A stretch of 63,973 bases of DNA, counting the filler, from Stramenopiles sp. TOSAG23-2 (Eukaryota): NCBI GenBank assembly GCA_900128395.1. It is 15 parts of 15 records of this genome, joined end to end, with 100 filler letters (N's around TTAATTAATTAA, not from the genome) between each part and the next. Parts side by side here need not be neighbours in the genome. Positions count along the whole stretch, not along the records: positions 55,576 to 59,724 come from LT650976.1; positions 59,825 to 63,973 come from LT650977.1; 13 more parts are not named here. One strand, 5' to 3'. Positions within the stretch are counted from its first letter, which is position 1. Every line of letters starts with the position of its first letter. The notes below the pieces were generated by a model. That model was given only the letters and a program-made list of their open reading frames with translations, was not told the origin of the DNA and searched no databases. The translations under genes were made by a program, and so were the position numbers. Below are positions 57,191 through 63,973 of this stretch, piece by piece.

Positions 57191-59161
57191 TTAACAGTTG
57201 TCCATGAGGTTTTCAAATTTGGCAATTTTAGCAATAACTTCCGCCAATTCATCTTTGGCTTCGTCGAGATCATATGCTTCGTCCTCATTAAGTTCTGTGC
57301 CTGTTTTTGCCTTCTTTTTTAATTGAAAGATTTTTCTGCTTAATTCTCTTTTCCTTTTACCATACGCACTTTGCCTTGCTTCTAGATCTAACATTTGTTT
57401 TACTTTACTTTCTTGAATGTTATGTGTAACTGTCCTCGAATTAGAAGATGACGAACCATTGTTATCTTTATTTTTGAATTCATTACAACTCGGAATAGTA
57501 TTAGGGTTTTTTGGTATATATTGATCAGTACCTGCAGGACCACAAGGCGCGAGTGATCTATATCGTTGACTTAATCCCCAAGGTATGGCAGTATTCAAAT
57601 TTGTAAAATTACCTGTTTGTATTTCACCCAATAAATGTTTATAACGTGATTGATTAATAACATTCAGTGCTACTGGTATCATTTCACTTGTCATAGCTTT
57701 ATATTTTATAACGGCAGCTTCAATTGCTAATCTGGTCTCAGTGAACTTTTGTTGTGTTGCTGCAGTAGAGGTATCAATAGGATCTTTTGTCGATGCTAAA
57801 GCAATGTGCATATGTTTTGTATATTTTAAACCCGTTACAACATTTTCCCCCAAAATGAGTGGTGTGCATTTTTTAGTATTTGCTGCCGCTGTTTTTAATA
57901 CCGTAAAATCTACATCTGGTAATAATGCTTCAAAATTTGCATCTTTATGTGCATCATCATCTGTAATATTTGCATAATAATATTGAAGATATCTTCTCAA
58001 TTTTGGTACACTAACATCTTTTTTCATCAATGTAAAAGTATGTACATGATCCACATTAGCTTCAAGAACCGTAGTATTTCCATTACCATCTACTCTGTTT
58101 TTTTTTCTTATGACTTGTCTAGCTAATGGACGTACGTAAAATGTAATTAATTTTTCTTCGGCTTCTTTTCGGCGCTTATCTGCTAATTGTTCTTTCTTAA
58201 AATCAGAGAATTTTACAATGCCGCCCCTTGCATCACGATGAGCAAAACCAACAATACATTTAACAGGTAATTCCTCTCCTGTTTCGTTTTGGTAATATAT
58301 CTCAACTTCTTTTTGCAATTTATCTGGCGTTAATATTTCTGGTTTATTAGTAGCGTTGTCATATTGTTTTTTTCTTGTAGTATAATATACTGTTCGGTAT
58401 TTTGCCGGTGGAGCTCTTCCTTGATTGTTGGTTGACGTGTTTGACGTGTTTGACGTGGTTGTCGTGGTTGTCGTGGTCGTTGTAGTACTTGCATTTTGTT
58501 GTTGTTGTACATTGGACGCATTTTGTTGTTGTTGTACATTGGACGCCTCGATAAAGTAGCCAGCAACCTCTTCACCAAAATCATACGGACTATTATCTAC
58601 ATCACTATGTTTTAACAAAGATTGATATAGATCATCAAAAATTTCAGGGACATTATCTTCGTTTAACGAATGTACATATACTTTTCCTTCTGATAAATAT
58701 TTCACAGGTTTAATATCATTATCCTTCTGTTTCATAAAAACGGCAGGTTCGATTTCAAATTGTACTCCATTCGCAATAGAAAGTTCAGAACTAGGAATTT
58801 CATCACTTGTATATTCAGGGGAAGAAGATCCATTTGATCTATTACTTGCACCATCGGGGTTAGAAGGGGAATTATTTCTTTGCATACCACTATTATCAAT
58901 ACTATTCATCTGCAATAACAATTTGATCATACCTATTGCGATTCTTACACCTGCTATATCCAAATCATCAAATATGTCGTTTAGAATGTTCTCTGGATTC
59001 CTCTTTTTTGTTGAAGAACCCTTTAGACTTGCATGTAAAGATTTAATGTTCGGTACCGTAAGTTGAGTATTACAAAGTGTAATGAAGTCGTCTTTACCAA
59101 ATTCAGTTGTAAAAACAAACGATTCTTGGTTCAAATTACTAAAAGATGAAACAGTCGTCAT
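57191..59161 (-). CDS. Transposon-borne hypothetical protein (ORF2, 656 aa)
   Basis: Intact long ORF lying between the transposase and the right inverted repeat; Q/T/N-rich linker; C-terminal coiled coil with basic NLS-like stretch. Confidence 0.8.
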   Translation of the reverse strand: MTTVSSFSNLNQESFVFTTEFGKDDFITLCNTQLTVPNIKSLHASLKGSSTKKRNPENILNDIFDDLDIAGVRIAIGMIKLLLQMNSIDNSGMQRNNSPSNPDGASNRSNGSSSPEYTSDEIPSSELSIANGVQFEIEPAVFMKQKDNDIKPVKYLSEGKVYVHSLNEDNVPEIFDDLYQSLLKHSDVDNSPYDFGEEVAGYFIEASNVQQQQNASNVQQQQNASTTTTTTTTTTTSNTSNTSTNNQGRAPPAKYRTVYYTTRKKQYDNATNKPEILTPDKLQKEVEIYYQNETGEELPVKCIVGFAHRDARGGIVKFSDFKKEQLADKRRKEAEEKLITFYVRPLARQVIRKKNRVDGNGNTTVLEANVDHVHTFTLMKKDVSVPKLRRYLQYYYANITDDDAHKDANFEALLPDVDFTVLKTAAANTKKCTPLILGENVVTGLKYTKHMHIALASTKDPIDTSTAATQQKFTETRLAIEAAVIKYKAMTSEMIPVALNVINQSRYKHLLGEIQTGNFTNLNTAIPWGLSQRYRSLAPCGPAGTDQYIPKNPNTIPSCNEFKNKDNNGSSSSNSRTVTHNIQESKVKQMLDLEARQSAYGKRKRELSRKIFQLKKKAKTGTELNEDEAYDLDEAKDELAEVIAKIAKFENLMDNC

Positions 59162-59389
59162 GATGATTTTTCACAGTACGATGGATAGTGCGACAATATA
59201 CTGTATGTAAATTTGTGGAATCTTATGTAAGTGTATATGTATGTACAAGTATCTATAACGATATGATTTCAATATATAAACAAATACATTACTGTGGTGG
59301 TAAATATCAAGTCGACTATTCGTAAGAACAGTATGTTTTGATACTGTATATATATAAAAAAAATTATAAAAATTGATTGAAATTTGTTG

Positions 59390-59444
59390 ATGAATAATTC
59401 CGGAATTTTGTACAACATATTCATTTTAAAACTAATAACAATGG
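59390..59444 (-). repeat. Right inverted repeat (part matching the left copy)
   Basis: Exact reverse complement of 55576-55630. Confidence 0.95.
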
Positions 59445-59825
59445 TATTTAATGTTATTTCTATAGTATTGAAATGAGTCGACACACTACACACACACACA
59501 CCCCCATGCACGCTCTCTCTCTCACTGTCCCACGTTCGGTGCAAATATCTGTATGTGTGCTACTGCTGTCATAATAGTCGTCTACTGTAGTTTACACACG
59601 CACACGGAACGTTACCTGTATCAAAAATCAACACAACAACAACACAACTTTTTTTTCAGCAGCAGCTTTATTATACAGTAAACCATTATATTACTTTATA
59701 AAACCAAAACAAAAACATAACATANNNNNNNNNNNNNNNNNNNNNNNNNNNNNNNNNNNNNNNNNNNNTTAATTAATTAANNNNNNNNNNNNNNNNNNNN
59801 NNNNNNNNNNNNNNNNNNNNNNNNA

Positions 59826-62800
59826 TCATGCCTTGCTGGGACGTATTTAGAAGATGATGCTACGGATAATACTTTTCATGATGAATCAATTGATTGTAAA
59901 GTGTGCGGAAGCGGTACCTATCTAGATGGCAATTTATTGTTTGAATTGCATGATTCGATATCAGATTGCAAAAGGTGTGTTGCTGGTAAATATCTTACTG
60001 ACAATGTAACAGTAGATGAGCATGATAATGAAGATGATTGTGAAATATGTGATGCAGGGATGTGGAGTCCGGAAAAATCTAAATTTTGCAAAATATGTCC
60101 AGCAGGGCGTTATTTAGAAGATGTAAAAACGAATGAAACATTGCACAATACGAAGGAAAGTTGCACTATCTGTGGCTCTGGGAAATATTTAGACGATGCA
60201 GGATTGGCCCAATCTTTGCATGATGATGAAGAAGATTGTAAATTGTGTGTAATTGGTAAATATTTACAGGATGATGGTATAACTGTAAGCGAACACATAG
60301 TTGAATTGAACTGTTTAAATTGTACATCCGGCATGTATGTAGATCAAACAGGCCAGCAATTTTGCAAAATTTGTGCAGCCGGGAAATACCTTGATGATAG
60401 TGGCACACGTGCATCATTGCACGATAATGCATTGGATTGCAAGCTATGTGGCATAGCAAAATATTTAAACGATGATGCTGAAACTGCTTTTTTGCATAGT
60501 AGCAGTGATAGTTGCAAAATCTGTCCATCTGGATCATGGAATGATCAGCAAGGTCAACAAATTTGCAAAGCATGTCTATCTGGTACATATTTGCCTACTT
60601 CAACAACAGTCGACGATCATGACAGTGCGGATGATTGCAAAATTTGCCCTATTGGGCGTTATTTACAAGACAATAGCAACATTACGAAACATAATGAGTT
60701 GAGTGATTGTACAGTATGCCCAGGTGGTTCCTATTTAGAAGACAATGCGACGGCTAGAGAATACCACGACCATTTAGGTGATTGCCAAGTATGCGAAGCG
60801 GGTAAAGTTAATGTCGATTTAGGATTAAGTCAAGATAATCATGACAATATAAAGGATTGTTCCGAATGTAGCGCTGGTAAATATCTTTCCGACGACTCGA
60901 CGGATAAAAATACAGAAGAGGATGATGATAAAGATAAAAATTTAATACCAAATTTTCATCTACATGATTCCGACCATGATGCAGCTTCAAGCGATTGTAT
61001 CAAATGCCCCACAGGCAAAGTTTCTGCAAACTCTGGCCTCATAAGTGAATGTGAATGTATAAAATGTGAACCTGGTATGTATTCGGAGATAAAGGGAGGA
61101 ACAGAATGCAAAGGGTGCTTATCTATGACATATCAAGATCGATCTGGCCAGAAAGATTGCAAAAATTGCCCCGAAGGCGAGGAATCAGGACCTATGGCAG
61201 TAGCCTGCGCCACATGGTCATCGTTTAATCAATTGCCTTTTTTACCGCAAATATCAGAGGATAATCTGTACACATATCAATTAAGTTTAACAAAAGCGCC
61301 ACTTGGTGTACCAGTATACGTATCACTGACATCAAACAATCCAATATGTTCAGTACCCGAAGTGTCAAACTTTGTATTTGATGACTCGAATTGGAATATA
61401 CCGAAAGAAATTGTAATAAAAGTTGGCATTGGTGAAATATCGACTGCAAAAGGAAGTGAATTAGATCCTTGCGACATAGATCATACAATAAATACTACCA
61501 GTTTCATCTACGACGGGCGTTTTAATCAAGAATTTCAAATTCGTATATTTTCAAAAGGTTGTGGTATAGGTGAATATCGTGGTAAATGGCCTAGAAAATA
61601 CAATGAAACAGAATGCATATGCAGCGTTCGATTTTATAAACCACCAAGTATAGATTGTGCAGATTGCAAAGAAGGAATGGTATGCAACGACCCTGCTGTG
61701 GAAACACCAGAAGTTGCTCCAGGATATTGGCGTTTTGATCCAAAATCTCCAGATTTTGAAAATGTTAAACTATATGAATGCATACGCAAAGAATCATGTA
61801 CTGGTGGGAATTCAACAAAACATCGATGTGCAATTGGGTATGATAACGACGGGCCACTTTGTGCCGTTTGCGCCGATAAATATGTAATGCAACAGGATGT
61901 ATGTAGTCATTGCCCAGAATATAAACCAAGTTCTCCAACAATGCCGACTGGAGATTTGCTATATGCTGGCTTAATCACTTTATTCATATTTGCTTGTGGA
62001 TTGTATTATTATTTGACAAACGATGCATTGACGGAAGAAGATGAATTCTTACTTCGGGAGAGATTGCACCATCTTGATTTAGATAGATTATTTCCAACAA
62101 CGGAAAAAAATCCATGTTTAACGCTAGTGCGCTTTGTTGAATTGGTAGATGAATCCGATGCTGGATTCACGGAAGCAGAATCAAAGCATATCTTTCACAT
62201 TATCGATTCTGATGATTCGAATTCCATAACAAGGCCAGAACTTGAGCTGTACATAACAAAAGATGGAGCTATTGACCCAGGAAATTTCTCAAAAATGGCC
62301 CAACAAAAGCAAGTGCAAAAACAAAACAAAGGCGATAGTGGAAGACAGGTTGGAAGTACCGTAATGAAATTAAAAATATTTTTTGGCTTTACGCAATGTA
62401 TGTCAGGCGCTGCTGTAGTATTTGATGTTCCATGGCCACCGTTTTTACGACAAATGATGAAATTGATGGAGCTAACTTCCTTTGACATATATGCTGTTTT
62501 TGGCGAAGTTTCATGTACGATGCAAACCGGATTCACGCAAAAATTTATTTTTCACATGTTGTTAGGGCCAATGCTTGGTATATGCATCTTTCTCGTATGG
62601 AAGATTATATTATGTCGAAAAAAACATTGTTTATGTAAAAAACGTTGTGTTTGTTTGCAAACTAGATGCAGACCAAGATTCACATTAGAAAGTATGCAAA
62701 CGAATTTATATACATTGATGCAATTGATGGCATTTGGTTTGTATACCGGTTTAGCAACTAGAATCTTTCGCCTTTTTAAATGCCAAAAAGTACATCAACG

Positions 62801-63973
62801 GTATTTCCTGGTTGGTGATATGAGCGTTGCATGTTTTGAAGATGCATGGTGGAATTACGGTTACATTGCAGTTGGATGCATTTTCCTATATATTGTCGGT
62901 ATACCATTAATACAATTTATAGCGTTGTATACCAATCGACATTATTTGCATGAGTTAACTGCACTTAACTTGAAACGCCATCGAAAGGTAGTGAAACAAT
63001 TTGGATCTATCTATAAAAATTACACGGAAGAATGCTATTATTATGATTTAGTCGATTTGATCAGACGCCTATTATTAACGGGTGGTTTGATATTAGTTGG
63101 AGAGGAAAGCACGGCACAAGTGTTTCTTGGAACCATTATTTGCGTTGTATGGTTGCTTTTAATTGCATTTAAAAGACCATACAAAGCATATTATGACAAT
63201 TTGCTTGGTACCATGCTATCCGCTAATCTATTGCTAACGATGGTGAGCGGATTATGTTTAAAAATGTACGAGTTAGAAAGAAGTGACGATGCATATGAGC
63301 AGATTATATTTGATTATTTATTAGGTGCAGTGGCAATCGGTTCTATCGTTATTGGAATATCTGCCATCATTGTCACGATTCCCCAGTTTCGAGAAGCAAT
63401 CATGTCTCAAGTCGCAAAATCAAAAACTTCTAATATTAGAAAATATTTTGATGAATGGAGACTTCATCAGGAAGTTAATATCAAATGGCTAAAGCTTCCA
63501 GCTTTAAACAGAATACTTAAAATGGCTAGCAAAGAGATAGAAAAAGAATTAGAAGCCGCGGCGAAGCATAGACGTTTATCTCATGTACTTGGAGATGAGG
63601 AGATAGCAAATAAATATGAAAAATTGCAGACAGGTGCTATAAAACATAATAATGTAATGGATTATACAGATCCAGAGCATAACCTATTTCACACTATAAT
63701 AAAGAACCCTACAATAATTCTGAAAAATGCAGCAGATGTAGATGTATTAGATGATACGGGGGTTATAAAGGAAAAAAGTAAAACAATAAAAAAGAAAAAA
63801 AGAAATTGCTTTTGTTGCTGCTTTAAAAAGAAGGAAAAATCTTTCTTATTGCCGAATTTAAGTACAACAACATCTGGGAAAGGTTCTGGTGCTATATTAA
63901 CGTTGGAAGTGACCGGGGTTGATGATCATTCATTTGCTGTTACTGGCGTTATAGTGATGAATTCGGGTAGCGG
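59826..63973 (+). CDS. Large Cys-rich-repeat (GCC2/GCC3, ephrin-receptor-like) multi-pass membrane protein with an EF-hand; partial at both ends
   Basis: Absent from the ORF track; the frame starting at 59826 reads SCLAGTYLEDD...DCKVCGSGTYLD with many CxxCxxGxYL repeats, then GPLCAVC, a TM helix, IDSDDSNSITRPELE, several further TM helices; same frame at both ends, no stop seen where checked. Confidence 0.85.

Larger units (their letters stand above)
55576..59551. mobile_element. IS630/Tc1-mariner-type DNA transposon with two convergent ORFs (left end cut by contig edge; right end inferred)
   Basis: Perfect 55-bp inverted repeats at 55576-55630 and 59390-59444 enclose a DD34E transposase and a second ORF; candidate terminus ...TGTCCCACGTTCGGTGCAAATATCTG|TA at 59551. 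Confidence 0.85.

Noticed and set aside
57191-59161. Fanzor/TnpB nuclease as transposon cargo
   Set aside because: No RuvC-I (D-x-G), RuvC-III (RD.NA..N) or CxxC zinc-ribbon motifs are visible; the C-terminus is a coiled coil
4238-59780. Regularly spaced identical TTAATTAATTAA palindromes about every 4.27 kb
   Set aside because: Artificial six-frame-stop linker embedded in N runs; the periodicity reflects length-sorted contigs, so no cross-contig gene clusters can be inferred
430-62536. Numerous short or antisense ORFs in the track (e.g. 430-930, 17234-17866, 24778-25293, 41659-42189, 43709-44212, 60110-62536)
   Set aside because: Shadow frames of real genes or AT-microsatellite translations; some run through N spacers

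Overview
This window is not one locus. It is 15 unrelated contigs of 4193 down to 4149 bp, sorted by decreasing length and joined by artificial 100-bp spacers (44 N + TTAATTAATTAA + 44 N), so synteny is meaningful only within a contig. The DNA is an AT-rich, gene-dense, intron-poor eukaryotic nuclear genome using the standard code, with Asn-rich low-complexity proteins; a stramenopile-like protist MAG/SAG is my inference. Recognisable genes include a MARCH-type RING-CH ligase, a STELLO-like glycosyltransferase, a multi-EF-hand protein, ATP-PEPCK, DnaJ, an MA3/PDCD4-like protein, NAA15 (fragment), MPP-alpha, a Sar1-like GTPase, a MyTH4 protein (fragment), an S10 carboxypeptidase, an Afi1/DENN protein, a MAPR cytochrome b5, a sulfatase (fragment), GlcNAc 2-epimerase and a spliced FAD/NAD oxidoreductase. 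Most notable: (1) a DD34E IS630/Tc1-mariner transposon with perfect inverted repeats that encloses a second, convergent 656-aa ORF of unknown function; (2) a ~220-230-nt non-coding element on two unlinked contigs whose differences preserve base pairing, suggesting an unrecognised structured RNA or element; (3) a ~60-80-bp dispersed repeat in five contigs, always downstream of genes; (4) recurrent ~90-125-bp tandem duplications; (5) apparent pseudoenzymes (SOD-like and JmjC-like). No rRNA, tRNA or CRISPR array was recognised.
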